From an uncultured Desulfatitalea sp. (lineage in GTDB: Bacteria; Desulfobacterota; Desulfobacteria; Desulfobacterales; Desulfosarcinaceae), in NCBI GenBank assembly GCA_963668675.2, contig CAXXMB010000001.1:192001-256000 (forward strand): DNA of 64,000 bases, in the 5' to 3' direction. The position numbers and the translations under genes were made by a program. The notes under the pieces were generated by a model. It ran no database searches and was not told the origin of the DNA. It saw only the letters and a list, made by a program, of their open reading frames with translations. This document shows positions 28,203 to 38,745 of the stretch, piece by piece (the stretch's first letter is position 1; each line of letters begins with the position of its first letter).

Positions 28203-29345
28203 TTATTCTGATACGAAGAAATGGTCGCTGTTGCGAAAGACGCCTTCGATGCCCTCGTTGGAGAAGACAATCTGCCACAGCTGATTCATCTTGGCGCGAA
28301 AGCCACCGGCGCAAGAAAGCAGGTAGTAAGTCCACATCCGGTAAAAGCGTTTGCTGTAATTGGCTTTCAGCCGGGCCCAATTGGCAATGAAATTGTGATA
28401 CCAGGCCATCAAGGTTTTATCATAATAGTGGCCGAAACTTTGCCAATCTTCCAGGATCAGCAGGCCTTCGGCCGCTTCGGTAATCTGCCTGGCGGACGGG
28501 AGCATGGAATTGGGGAAAATATACTTTTCTACCCAGGGGTCGAGGCTTTTGGTCGATCGGTTACCGCCGATGGTCTGCAGCAGGAATAGTCCCTTCGGTT
28601 TAAGGCAGCGATGGACCGTTCTCATATAGGTGCGATAGTTTTTATGCCCCACATGCTCAAACATGCCCACTGAGACCACCGCATCGAACGCGCCATTCAG
28701 ATCCCGATAGTCCATCAATTCGACCCGGACGTCCGGTTCACAGCATTCCGCCTTCACGTATTCCGCCTGCTCGCGCGATACGGTCACCCCCAGAATCCTG
28801 GCCCCATGTTCGCAGGCAGCATGTTTGATAAACCCGCCCCAACCGCAGCCGATATCCAACACCCGCATTCCGGGCTTTAAGCCGATTTTCCGGCAGATGA
28901 GTTCCACTTTGGCCCGCTGGGCATCTTCCAGCGTGGCGGCATCACACCAGTAGGCACACGAGTAGTTCATGTCCCGGTCCAGCATGGCCAAAAACAGATC
29001 GTTGCCGATATCGTAGTGCCGCTTGCCCACCACAAAGGCCTTGGCCCGGCTTTGGGCATTTAAAACCAATGCCTTCAAGCCTGCCCACGGAGCGCTCTTA
29101 ATAACCGTTCCGGCCTTTTCATGCACACGATTTTCAAAAAGCCTGGTAAACATCCGATCGAGGGCAGGGCACTCCCACCAGCCGTCCATGTAGCTTTCGC
29201 CAAAGGCCAGGGACCCGCCGGATAAGACCCTCTGATAAAAACCGGAATTCAACACCTGAATATCCCAGGGCCGGTCACCGTTTATCTTGATATCAGCGGA
29301 GTCCAGCAGCTTGCGAATGACGGTTTCTTCTTTTGATCCGCTCAT
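28203..29345 (-). CDS. cfa: cyclopropane-fatty-acyl-phospholipid synthase, copy 1
   Basis: GESYMDGWW, HYDIGNDLF, YSCAYW, VLDIGCGWGG, VGMFEHVG, RMWTYYLLSCAG; RBS GGAGG before MSGSKEE. Confidence 0.93.
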   Translation of the reverse strand: MSGSKEETVIRKLLDSADIKINGDRPWDIQVLNSGFYQRVLSGGSLAFGESYMDGWWECPALDRMFTRLFENRVHEKAGTVIKSAPWAGLKALVLNAQSRAKAFVVGKRHYDIGNDLFLAMLDRDMNYSCAYWCDAATLEDAQRAKVELICRKIGLKPGMRVLDIGCGWGGFIKHAACEHGARILGVTVSREQAEYVKAECCEPDVRVELMDYRDLNGAFDAVVSVGMFEHVGHKNYRTYMRTVHRCLKPKGLFLLQTIGGNRSTKSLDPWVEKYIFPNSMLPSARQITEAAEGLLILEDWQSFGHYYDKTLMAWYHNFIANWARLKANYSKRFYRMWTYYLLSCAGGFRAKMNQLWQIVFSNEGIEGVFRNSDHFFVSE

Positions 29346-29662
29346 GATATCCTCCCATCTTGACTTCCGAGGATTATAAAAGAGCCGCTCTACCCAGATG
29401 GTTAAATCGATTAGCCGCCGCCAAAAGGCCGGCCGTTGAATTCCAAATCGAGTCCGAGGCCCCGTTACCGGAATGCGGACACATGACACAGAATTTCAGA
29501 TCACATTGAGCGTGATGCCCATGCCGATAACGTCAACACCACAGGAGTGAAAGGAACGAAGGCGAAGCCGAACGAATCTTCCTTAAACACAAGGCGACGA
29601 TTGCGATTTATTCTGCCGGCACTGTGAATCCGGTTCATGGTGTGGCCCGACGCCGATGTTTA

Positions 29663-30130
29663 TCACCTACCAATATTCATAAATTTGCCTGCTGTTAGCA
29701 AGCACAAATTTTCCGGGGAGAGCTCTATTTGAAGCCCCCTGCGACCGGCGCTGACGAATATGGTTTAAAAGTCTCTTGCCGATGCGTCTATTACGGTTGT
29801 CAGACCTCTCTTTTGTCCAAGGGGGCTTACCCCACCGAGCATGTACCCGGTTGTTTTTTCGACGATTTTCTTATCCGCCATAATCACTTTCTTGACACCT
29901 GCGGCTTTTGCGTACAGCTTCAAATTCAATTGCTTCGATACCGGTAAAACCGCAACGGCCAAATCGCCACCACCAAGGGCCACCACCAGTGTTTTGAAAA
30001 CCCTGCCGCTTCGAATGCCCAATTTGGTTGAAGCCTCTTCACCGTATGCCGGCGATGAAGGGTCATGCTCGTATTCATGAACACGGAAATCTATTGTTGC
30101 CCTCTTTGCTATATTGATGGCGGGTGTCAT
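29663..30130 (-). pseudogene. ybaK: Cys-tRNA(Pro) deacylase ybaK, copy 1, with premature in-frame TAA at 29765-29767
   Basis: MTPAIN..VFKTL..GGVSPLGQK..DASARDF*TIFVSAGRRGLQIELSP; read-through length of 468 nt equals the intact copy. Confidence 0.85.
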
Positions 30131-30149
30131 TGGCGTATTCGTTTATAAG

Positions 30150-30227
30150 TGCTTACGGTGCAATTTGCCGGGTGCCTGGAAGTGAAGAAGCCCTGCTCCT
30201 CAGCCGGTGACAATTTTCGGGTCAGGG
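30150..30227 (-). other. degenerate attC-like palindrome between the GAF gene and ybaK copy 1
   Basis: Minus strand CCCTGAC..GTCACCGG...CCCGGCAAAT..CCGTAAGCA; overlaps the upstream stop codon. Confidence 0.4.
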
Positions 30228-30905
30228 TATCCGGTCCAACTCCTTTTCGTAGCACTGAGGGCAGATCCCGTGAGAGGGCGTTGCACCGCAGATATCGTTG
30301 ACATATTTTTCGATCGTTACCCACTCTCCCGATTTTTCACGCACCTTCTTGCAGTAGCTGCAGATCGGATAGATCGTGCACAAATCATCAATCAAGCGAT
30401 CCCGGAGGTCTATCTCCTCTCTGGATAGAACAATGCGAAGGGAGAGCTCGATCATCCTCTTGATCTGCTTCACCAGTCTGATGTGCAGGTCATTGTGGGG
30501 GTTGTGTTTGTTGTCGAGGAAGCATACTGTCCCGAACTGCCCGCCATCAGGGCGATCGATGGGCATGCCAAGGTAGGAGACCATGTTCAGGTCAACTGCA
30601 GCTGAGTTGGTTTTCCACTTAGAATTTTCGAGGGCATTCGGAATCAGATTCAGCCCTTTGCTCTTCAGCGTATATTCACAGTACCATCCGGAATCGGGGT
30701 ACTGTGACTTGCATGCCGCCGGATAAGGGTTTCCCTCGGTCTCGCTTGAAAGTAGAATTTCAATTTCATTACCATCTACGCGCGTGATCAGACCCGCGGG
30801 AACGGCAAGGATCTCAGCTGTCTCATCGAGCAGTTTCTGCCATTCAATAAGAATGTCTTCGGTAAGCTTTTCACGACTGAATGGGTTTGTATCCATATTT
30901 TCCAT
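30222..30905 (-). CDS. GAF domain protein with C-terminal CxxC..HGICxxC motif
   Basis: SYLGMPIDRPDGGQFGTVCFLD; PICSYCKKVR..SHGICPQC. Confidence 0.82.
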   Translation of the reverse strand: MENMDTNPFSREKLTEDILIEWQKLLDETAEILAVPAGLITRVDGNEIEILLSSETEGNPYPAACKSQYPDSGWYCEYTLKSKGLNLIPNALENSKWKTNSAAVDLNMVSYLGMPIDRPDGGQFGTVCFLDNKHNPHNDLHIRLVKQIKRMIELSLRIVLSREEIDLRDRLIDDLCTIYPICSYCKKVREKSGEWVTIEKYVNDICGATPSHGICPQCYEKELDRIP

Positions 30906-30920
30906 GTCCACTTTCCCTGC

Positions 30921-32402
30921 TTAATTTTTATAGCCCGGCGGTGTTTTGAATCCACCAACCAGCTCAGACAGCCCCCGAGCGAAATCTATGGTGGTCCGGT
31001 CCTCGAAGCTGGCGCCTATTATCTGAACACCGACCGGAAGGCCGGATCGGCTCAATTCAACCGGCGCTACCGTTGCTGGCAGGCCTGACACAACCGCCAT
31101 ATAGGCCCAAGCTAAAGTTTCTATCATTTGCTTGTTCTCTTCGTTTACCAAGAAACTGCGTGACAATAAATCCCCTGTGTGGTCGTGAGGAAAGGCAACG
31201 GTGGATGAAACCGGCGTAAGCAGTACATCATAGCGTTTAAAGAAATCAGCCCACAACGCCTGCTGTCGTTTTAGCCGGGCGATAAGTACCTCCGCCAACG
31301 GCAACGCACGCATCTGCATTTGATCGTAGATTTCCAGCCAACGGGTTGCACTCTCCTGCAGAAGGATTCCGGGGCGCGCCGCCTCGTCTATCTCGAGGCC
31401 GGCGTCGCGCAGCCGCTTTAACATCAGTTGAAGAGAAGCCGAGACTTCTGCATCGATTTCAGCTCCGTGATAGGCGTCCTCGAACCAGACCGCGACACGG
31501 TAATCGCTGAATCGATCTCTTCGCGCGGGCAGGAGATTGGATCTTTTCCGGCCTGATTGCGTGCTTTCCGAATTCGTCAATACATCCAGGGCAAGCTCCA
31601 AATCGCCGGCACTTCGCGCCAGAGGGCCCACTACAAATAGGGGAATCGCAGGCATGTATTCCGAAGGAAGCTGGCCGGGCATGGGTGGGATATGTCCATA
31701 TCTGGGAACGATGCCGAAGGTGGGTTTGTGCCCAAAGACCCCGTTATAGTGGGCAGGGAAACGAATCGAGCCCCCGATGTCGCTACCCAATTCAAGCGGC
31801 GTGAACCCAGCGGCCAGTGCCGCACCTGAGCCTCCCGACGAACCGCCGGGCGTTCTGGACAGATCCCAGGGATTGTCGGTGGTGCCATAAACTTCATTAT
31901 AGCTTTGAATATCCATCGCATGGTAGGGAACGTTCGTTTTGCCGAAGATGATGGCTCCTGCATCGATCAGACGTTGGACGGCGATCGCATTATGCTTCGG
32001 TATATGCTCTTTCAAGATTGTATCCACCGATGTCGCAGGCATCCCGACCACTTCGAATAGATTTTTCACCGTCATCGGAAGGCCGTGAAGCGGCCCCCAC
32101 ACCTTCCCCTGCGCAAGGGCTTTGTCCGCATCCATCGCTCGTTGACGGGCAGCCGGCAGGTCCATCGCCACAACTGCATTGATATCGCCATTGTGGTGCG
32201 CGATGCGCTCGACGTAGCGGTTGAGAAGCTCAAGAGAGGTGACCTCACCGTGCCGAATTGCGCGCGTCAGCTCGGTGGCGGACTTGAAGCACAACGGTTC
32301 TATCGCCTGGGCAGGTCCGTTGTGGTGATTCAAGCAGGTAAACAGAGCGCTGCTAAGAACCAAGATTGCGATGAGTTTAGCCGACTTTTTAAATAGGGTC
32401 AT
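30921..32402 (-). CDS. exported amidase-signature family amidase, copy 1
   Basis: GPLHGLPMTVK, GKTNVP, TPGGSSGGS, GSDIGGSIR; N-terminal signal. Confidence 0.92.
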   Translation of the reverse strand: MTLFKKSAKLIAILVLSSALFTCLNHHNGPAQAIEPLCFKSATELTRAIRHGEVTSLELLNRYVERIAHHNGDINAVVAMDLPAARQRAMDADKALAQGKVWGPLHGLPMTVKNLFEVVGMPATSVDTILKEHIPKHNAIAVQRLIDAGAIIFGKTNVPYHAMDIQSYNEVYGTTDNPWDLSRTPGGSSGGSGAALAAGFTPLELGSDIGGSIRFPAHYNGVFGHKPTFGIVPRYGHIPPMPGQLPSEYMPAIPLFVVGPLARSAGDLELALDVLTNSESTQSGRKRSNLLPARRDRFSDYRVAVWFEDAYHGAEIDAEVSASLQLMLKRLRDAGLEIDEAARPGILLQESATRWLEIYDQMQMRALPLAEVLIARLKRQQALWADFFKRYDVLLTPVSSTVAFPHDHTGDLLSRSFLVNEENKQMIETLAWAYMAVVSGLPATVAPVELSRSGLPVGVQIIGASFEDRTTIDFARGLSELVGGFKTPPGYKN

Positions 32403-32489
32403 GGTTGTTCTTCTTAAAATCTACCGAATAGATCCCAATAAACTGATATGTTCAGGGTCTCCCCAATAGTCGCGCTTCTTCCGGTGCGC

Positions 32490-33104
32490 TTAAGCGATGG
32501 GATGGCCAATTAGCCCTAAAATTCCGTCAGCAATGAATTGAACGGCAAGCGATGCCAGCAGGACACCCAGTAATCGCTTTATAATGGAATTTGCGGTTTC
32601 ACCAATAAAACCGGCAATTTTTCGGGACAAAAGAAGTGTGATCAGTGTCAAGGCCAGGATGAACACAATCGCAAGTGTTGTGGAGAATAAACCCCCTTCT
32701 ATTTGGCCAGCCTTGGAAAACAGCAGAATGGTCAGTGTCAGACATCCAGGGCCCGCCATAAGTGGAATTGAAAGTGGAAATACCACAATATCGTTTGATG
32801 GTTTATAGGTGCCGCCCTCGTGTGAGGTGTCAGGCCGAACGACCATGCTGAAAGCCGTATAAAAAAGAAGAAGCCCACCTGCAATACGGAAGGCCTCGAT
32901 CGTAATGCCGAGTCGGGCCAGCAGATGCGTCCCGAAAAAGCCGAACCCCAGGATGACGAGCAAAGAGAGGAGCGTTGCACGCAAAGCGATTTTTCTGCAT
33001 TCCAAGGCATCCTGGCCGGCCGTCAACGAATTGAAAATAAGGGCTACACCGAGAGGGTCTATCACAACGAAGTATGCAACAACAGCATTGAGCAAGGTTT
33101 CCAT
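32490..33104 (-). CDS. MarC family integral membrane protein
   Basis: VVIDPLG, AFRIAGGLLL, FPLSIPLMAGPG, RLLGVLLASLAVQFI. Confidence 0.9.
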   Translation of the reverse strand: METLLNAVVAYFVVIDPLGVALIFNSLTAGQDALECRKIALRATLLSLLVILGFGFFGTHLLARLGITIEAFRIAGGLLLFYTAFSMVVRPDTSHEGGTYKPSNDIVVFPLSIPLMAGPGCLTLTILLFSKAGQIEGGLFSTTLAIVFILALTLITLLLSRKIAGFIGETANSIIKRLLGVLLASLAVQFIADGILGLIGHPIA

Positions 33105-33121
33105 ATCGAGTTTATCTTTTG

Positions 33122-33177
33122 GCCAGAGGTTGAATCAATCGGCGGGTGTACTTGCCCGCCTGAATAGTTTGTTAGGC
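33122..33177 (-). other. attC-like site with canonical R'' box and eroded R' box
   Basis: Minus strand GCCTAAC-AAACTATTCAGGCGGG-CAAGTACA-CCCGCCGATTGATTCAAC-CTCTGGC; a gene fragment reads into it (..KAPNKLFRRASTPAD*); MarC start follows ~17 nt later. Confidence 0.55.
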
Positions 33178-33470
33178 GCCTTTAGCTTATGCACATACCT
33201 CATTTCGGGGAATAGCGCTTTATCTTTGTCGACATCAACCATTATCAGGCGGAGCAACTTAGATGGCTTATCTAATCCGATATGAATGAAGCCGGACTCC
33301 TTTTCATCCTCCCAGGCCCACGTCCCTGAGATTGATGCGTCAATCTGTTCTTTGTCAGGATTTGTGAGAGGGTTTTACGAATCGGAAACACAGCCCAATA
33401 TGGAAAGGGACAACAGCAATATAAATAAATAACGCATACTTTTCCCTTCATACATCTGTTGGAAGTGAAT

Positions 33471-33938
33471 CTACCGGCATATATCAGCAAGCACTCCATC
33501 GATCAGGTTTTCCAGATCCCCGGGGCTCAATTCAATTTGCAGCCCCCTGCGGCCGGCGCTGACATATATGGTGGCATGTTGTTTGGCCGAGGAGTCGATA
33601 AACGTTTTGAGGCGCTTTTTTTGAGCTATCGGGCTTACGCCCCCTAACACATATCCTGTCGAACGCTCCACATCGGATTGGGCAGCCATAGCAGCTCTCT
33701 TTGCACCGGCAACCTTAGCGATGCGTTTCATGTTTAACATGCAAGAGACAGGAATTACCCCCACAGCCAGTTCATTGTTATCCAGGCTCACGACCAGGGT
33801 TTTAAAAACCCTATCCTCTGGTACCCCCATCTTTTCGGCCGCCTCTGATCCATAGGATTCACTCGATGGGTCGTGATCGTACTCATGCACGAGGTGCGAA
33901 ATTTTTTTCTTTTTCGCGAAATTTATCGCTGGCGTCAT
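33471..33938 (-). CDS. ybaK: Cys-tRNA(Pro) deacylase YbaK, intact copy 2
   Basis: MTPAIN, VFKTL, TGYVLGGVSP, VSAGRRGLQIELSP. Confidence 0.93.
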   Translation of the reverse strand: MTPAINFAKKKKISHLVHEYDHDPSSESYGSEAAEKMGVPEDRVFKTLVVSLDNNELAVGVIPVSCMLNMKRIAKVAGAKRAAMAAQSDVERSTGYVLGGVSPIAQKKRLKTFIDSSAKQHATIYVSAGRRGLQIELSPGDLENLIDGVLADICR

Positions 33939-33951
33939 CTTTATCTCATGC

Positions 33952-34027
33952 GATTAACGGCGCCGCAAATCGGATGGCAAAGTAGCGTATCGCATTTGCC
34001 ATACCATTTTTAACTGCCGTTTATGTG
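33952..34027 (-). other. degenerate attC-like palindrome upstream of ybaK copy 2
   Basis: Minus strand CACATAAAC..ATGGCAAA-TGCGATACGCTAC-TTTGCCAT..CGCCGTTAATC, ending 13 nt before ATG. Confidence 0.5.
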
Positions 34028-34136
34028 CCCTGTAACTCGACATGGCAACAACGAAAAATAGCATTGCCACAGCATTCATAAAGGTCATCTACTTCCTATC
34101 CGATATATATTTACTGCAAAACGGGCCAGTCAACTC

Positions 34137-35459
34137 TTAAGATTTGTGTGTGCTTTGCTTTTCGGCCTTTGGAAGGTTCATTGTTCGCCCGGTAACCACC
34201 CGAAACATAAATTCGATAAAAAGAGCAGTGCCTACCATTGCGAACAGAAACCAAAGCTGTCCGGGTGAATTTTTCCAGGTCTGCCAGATCAGACTCCCTA
34301 GTGCACCAAGACAGAGTCCGACTCCGATCAGCGAGAGAGGGCGGTTGCTCCCCGTGTCGTCCGCCAGTGCCACGTTCGCGCCATTGACCGCTGCAAAAAT
34401 TAAGAGGAACCCGGCACTTCCCATCATCGACATACTGGAAAGGTCGGCCAGATTAGCGATTAACAGGGTAGCTCCTGATGTAATAAACAGCCCACCCATT
34501 GGCTTTCCCCATGTCTCTTTCTCCAACATGCTTGGCAGTTCGCCGTCTTTTGCAATGACATAACTCAGTCGGGCAGCACCGTAAATCGTGGCATTGATGG
34601 CGGAAGCCGTTGAAAGCATGGCTGCTATGGCAATCAAGATGAAACCTGTTTGCCCCAGGGATGGTCGGGCTGCCTCAGCCAGCGCATAGTCTTTTGCATC
34701 TACAATTTTGTCGACAGGCAGAGACCCAACGGTAACGATGGCCACAAGGACATAAAGAACGATAACGAAAACGACGCTTGAATAGAACGCGCGAGGCAAT
34801 GTCTTTGGTGCGTCCTGCACATCTTGCGCAGTGTTGGCAATCAACTCGAATCCCTCATAGGCAAGAAAAATGATCATCCCGCCTGAAATCAGATGCAGCG
34901 GAGGTGACCAAGCCGACGGCGCCAGTTTGGTGCCGTCAATACCAATTATTCCAACCCCGATGAAAAGGGACAGAATCAGCAATTTAAGGAGCACAATCCA
35001 ATCTTCTGCCTCGCCAATCAATTTGGCGTTTAACAGGTTCAGCCCCGTAATCCCGGCGACACTGCCCGTGATCAGAAGGTGTTTCCAAAAAATCTGTGAG
35101 GCTGGGTCAAAGAAGGATGCGCCATAGCTTCCGAAAGCATAGGCATAGAGCGATAGCATGACGATGTAACTTATCCACAGCAGGATGTTTACGGTTCCCG
35201 TCAGCGGGCCTGAGCCAAATGCACGATCCAGGAATGAAACGGTTCCTCCTTGACTCGGGAAAGTGACGGAGAGCCTTGTGTACGAATAAGAGGTAACAAG
35301 GGCAACGATACCCGCAATCAGGAAGGCCACTGGAGCGCCTCCGTTGGTTAACTCCACTGAAAGGCCAAGAACGGCAAAGATACCGCCTCCGACCATTCCA
35401 CCGATCCCTATTGCTGTTACCTCCCAGTATCCAAGATTTTCTTTTCTGGACATACTCAT
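34137..35459 (-). CDS. APC family amino acid permease
   Basis: AIGIGGMVGGGIF, FLAYEGFELIA; about 12 TM segments. Confidence 0.9.
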   Translation of the reverse strand: MSMSRKENLGYWEVTAIGIGGMVGGGIFAVLGLSVELTNGGAPVAFLIAGIVALVTSYSYTRLSVTFPSQGGTVSFLDRAFGSGPLTGTVNILLWISYIVMLSLYAYAFGSYGASFFDPASQIFWKHLLITGSVAGITGLNLLNAKLIGEAEDWIVLLKLLILSLFIGVGIIGIDGTKLAPSAWSPPLHLISGGMIIFLAYEGFELIANTAQDVQDAPKTLPRAFYSSVVFVIVLYVLVAIVTVGSLPVDKIVDAKDYALAEAARPSLGQTGFILIAIAAMLSTASAINATIYGAARLSYVIAKDGELPSMLEKETWGKPMGGLFITSGATLLIANLADLSSMSMMGSAGFLLIFAAVNGANVALADDTGSNRPLSLIGVGLCLGALGSLIWQTWKNSPGQLWFLFAMVGTALFIEFMFRVVTGRTMNLPKAEKQSTHKS

Positions 35460-35566
35460 ACTCTGTTTAAGTGTTTTTAAGCTTTACCCTTAAAATTCTC
35501 TTTTCTCTGTGGACTCTGTGGTGAAATATCCATTATCCGATACTCCCTGTGAAAGAAGCTGTCATG

Positions 35567-37048
35567 CTAATCCTTATAACCCGGTGGCGCTACGAATCCA
35601 CCAGTGAGTTCAGACAAGCCGCGAGCGAAGTCTATGGTTGTGCGATCTTCAAATCTGGCCCCGATGATCTGGATACCCACCGGAAGGCCTGAGTCATTTC
35701 GTCCGGCCGGTGCTACCGTTGCGGGTAGACCTGACACAATGGCCATATATGACCAAACAATAGAATTAATCATGGGCTTCAACTTTCCGTTTACAGCCAA
35801 GCTGAGCTCCGAAAGCGGCCCTTCATGGTTATGCGCAAAGGCCACCGTCGGAGATACGGGGGTGAGCAGTACATCGTAGTCTTTGAAGAATTCAGCCCAC
35901 ATCGCTTGCTCTCTTTTCTGTTCGGCGACAAACGTTTCGTTCAGCGGCAGGGCGCGCATCTGCATCTCAGTGTAGATTTTATACCAAATTTCAGCACTCC
36001 TCTTCAGAGTGACCTGGGGACGTGCCTGCTCGTCTACAAAAAGGCCGGCGTCGCGCAGGCGCCTCACTGTCCTTTGGAGCGTCGCCAAAACATCGGCGTC
36101 GATTTCAGCTTCGGGGTCAGCATCTGTGAACCACACCGCAACGCGATAATCCCTGAATTGCTCTCTTCGGGCCGGCAAAAGGTCAGATCGGCCGCCGTTC
36201 CTTTTCTCACTGCCCGACGTCGTTAAAACATCCAAGGCAAGCGCCAGGTCATCGGCGCTTCGGGCCAGAGGACCTACCACAAATAGTGGAATTATAGGCA
36301 TTGCTCCCTGGGTAAGCTGACCCGGCATTGGAGGTATGTGACCATATCGCGGGACGATGCCAAAGGTGGGCTTGTGTCCAAAGATCCCATTGTAGCCGGC
36401 AGGCAAACGGATTGAACCTCCTATGTCGCTACCCAACTCCAGAGGGGTGAGTCCCGCAGCGAGGGCCGCAGCCGAGCCGCCGGAAGAACCACCGGGCGTT
36501 CTGGATAGATCCCACGGATTGTTCGTAGTGCCATAGATATCGTTGTAGCTTTGAATATCCGATGCATGGTATGGCACGTTCGTTTTGCCAAAGATGATGG
36601 CACCCGAGTCGACAAGGCGTTGCACGGCTATCGCATTACTTTTCGGTATGTGGTTTTTTAGGCCCGGGTCACCCGATGTTGCCGGCATGCCGACCACTTC
36701 GAATACATCTTTTACTGTCATTGGCAAACCGTGCAGAGGCCCCCAGTTTTGGCCCATGGCGAGCGCTTTGTCAGCCGCTGCTGCCCGCGCTTGAGCGGCT
36801 TCGATGTCCAAGGCCACGACAGCATTGATATCGCCGTTATAACGCTGTATGCGTTCAAGGTAGAGATTGAGAAGATCGACGGAGCTGATTTCACCGCTCC
36901 GAATGGCACTAATCAATTCGGTGGCGGACCTGAAATGGAAAGTCTCGATCCGTTGGGCAGGTTTGTCATAGCCCTTCTCACAGCCAAGTAGAGCGCCTGC
37001 GAGAAGCATGATGACGCTTAGCTTGAGAACCTTTTTGTAACGTGTCAC
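35567..37048 (-). CDS. amidase-signature family amidase, copy 2 (probable lipoprotein)
   Basis: LLGC lipobox; GKTNVP, GGSSGGS, GSDIGGSIR; close paralog of 30921-32402. Confidence 0.92.
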   Translation of the reverse strand: MTRYKKVLKLSVIMLLAGALLGCEKGYDKPAQRIETFHFRSATELISAIRSGEISSVDLLNLYLERIQRYNGDINAVVALDIEAAQARAAAADKALAMGQNWGPLHGLPMTVKDVFEVVGMPATSGDPGLKNHIPKSNAIAVQRLVDSGAIIFGKTNVPYHASDIQSYNDIYGTTNNPWDLSRTPGGSSGGSAAALAAGLTPLELGSDIGGSIRLPAGYNGIFGHKPTFGIVPRYGHIPPMPGQLTQGAMPIIPLFVVGPLARSADDLALALDVLTTSGSEKRNGGRSDLLPARREQFRDYRVAVWFTDADPEAEIDADVLATLQRTVRRLRDAGLFVDEQARPQVTLKRSAEIWYKIYTEMQMRALPLNETFVAEQKREQAMWAEFFKDYDVLLTPVSPTVAFAHNHEGPLSELSLAVNGKLKPMINSIVWSYMAIVSGLPATVAPAGRNDSGLPVGIQIIGARFEDRTTIDFARGLSELTGGFVAPPGYKD

Positions 37049-37331
37049 GGCTTTTCCTCCCCCCCATCTGGTTTTATGTTTCGTCCACCGTGGCTCTGTT
37101 TTTACATCTTCCCCAAGCTTCTACAACATTTAGATTTTTATTCAAAAATTGACTGCGTAAGCTTTCATCAACACGGTTGAGTGGACAAGCAAAATTGATA
37201 CATTGTGAACACATAAAATTGATTAGGTCATAAAAAAGCCGCTGGCTGTCATAGCATAGACGAACAACAGAAATAGATGTATGTGGGGCGGTAGCGCAAC
37301 ACATGGCTTGATGAAAACGGCGGCATGGTTA

Positions 37332-38480
37332 TCACGATAGTGCTGGCATGAGAAATTGGTCACTGTGGCGAAAGACGCCTTCGATGCCGCCATTGGAAAA
37401 GGCGATCTGCCACAGCTGATTCATTTTGGAGCGAAAACTACCGGCACACGAAAGCAGGTAGTATGTCCACATCCGGTAAAAGCGTTCGCTGTAATTGGCT
37501 TTTAGCCGGTCCCAATTGGCAGTGAAATTGTCGTACCAGGCCATCAAGGTTTTGTCATAATACTGACCGAAGCTGTGCCAGTCTTCAAGGACCAGCAGAC
37601 CTTCGGCCGCATTGGTAATCTGCCTGGCGGAAGGGAGCATGGAGTTGGGGAAGATATACTTTTCGATCCAGGGATCGAGGCTTTTGGTCGATCGGTTGCC
37701 GCCGATGGTATGCAGCAGGAAGATACCCTCAGGATTTAGGCAGCGCTGGACCGTTTTCATATAGGTGCGATAGTTTTTATACCCCACATGCTCGAACATG
37801 CCCACGGAGACCACCGCATCGAATTTTTCATTCAGATCCCGATAGTCCATCAATTCTACCCGGACATCCGGTTCACGGCATTCGGCCTTCACGTATTCCA
37901 TCTGCTCCCGCGATACGGTCACCCCCAATACCCTGGCCCCGTGTTCAGACGCGGCATGTTTGATAAACCCGCCCCAACCGCATCCGATATCCAATACCGT
38001 CATCCCGGGCCTCAACCCGATTTTCCGGCAGATGAGTTCCACCTTGGCTTGCTGGGCATCGTCCAGCGTATCGGCATCATGCCAGTAGGCGCATGAATAG
38101 TTCATGTCCCGGTCCAGCATGGCCGAAAACAGATCGTTGCCGATATCGTAATGCCGCTTGCCCACCACAAAGGCTTTGGTTCGGTTCTGGGCATTGAACG
38201 CCAAGACCTTCAATACTGGCCACGGAGCGCTTTTAATCACCGTTACGGCTTTTTCATGGATACGATGTGTAAAAAGCCTGGTAAACATTCGATCAAGGGC
38301 AGGGCACTCCCACCAGCCGTCCATGTAGCTTTCGCCCAGGGCCAGGGATCCGACGGAGAAAACCCGTTGGTAAAACCCGGAATTCAATACCTGAATGTCC
38401 CAGGGCCGCTCACCGTTGATCTTGATATCCGCGGATTCCAGCAGTGCACGCAAGACGGTTTCTTCTTTTGATCCGCTCAT
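37332..38480 (-). CDS. cfa: cyclopropane-fatty-acyl-phospholipid synthase, copy 2
   Basis: Same motifs as copy 1, high nucleotide similarity including ~45 nt upstream. Confidence 0.93.
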   Translation of the reverse strand: MSGSKEETVLRALLESADIKINGERPWDIQVLNSGFYQRVFSVGSLALGESYMDGWWECPALDRMFTRLFTHRIHEKAVTVIKSAPWPVLKVLAFNAQNRTKAFVVGKRHYDIGNDLFSAMLDRDMNYSCAYWHDADTLDDAQQAKVELICRKIGLRPGMTVLDIGCGWGGFIKHAASEHGARVLGVTVSREQMEYVKAECREPDVRVELMDYRDLNEKFDAVVSVGMFEHVGYKNYRTYMKTVQRCLNPEGIFLLHTIGGNRSTKSLDPWIEKYIFPNSMLPSARQITNAAEGLLVLEDWHSFGQYYDKTLMAWYDNFTANWDRLKANYSERFYRMWTYYLLSCAGSFRSKMNQLWQIAFSNGGIEGVFRHSDQFLMPALS

Positions 38481-38745
38481 GATATTCTCCTATCATGACC
38501 TTCGGGATTAAGAAAAGAGCCGCTCGGAAAGCATTCTTTAGCCTTCTATTTGCAGGGTTGTCTCCCCCAGTACAGATCTATCGATTCAATAAAGGTTGCC
38601 ATTTTGGGTAAAACCTCTGTTTTTTCACACACACCTAAAAATGCCGGGCCGCTACCGCCAAACATTTTTGATCTCCCTTTACTTAATCAAATATTAGCGG
38701 CCGATTTGCAGATAATGCCATATCTTTCTGGTGATCCGCAAGGCG

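Noticed and set aside
29765..29767. Recoding (Sec/Pyl) at the ybaK internal stop
   Set aside because: The codon is TAA, not TGA or TAG, and the position is not a Cys site
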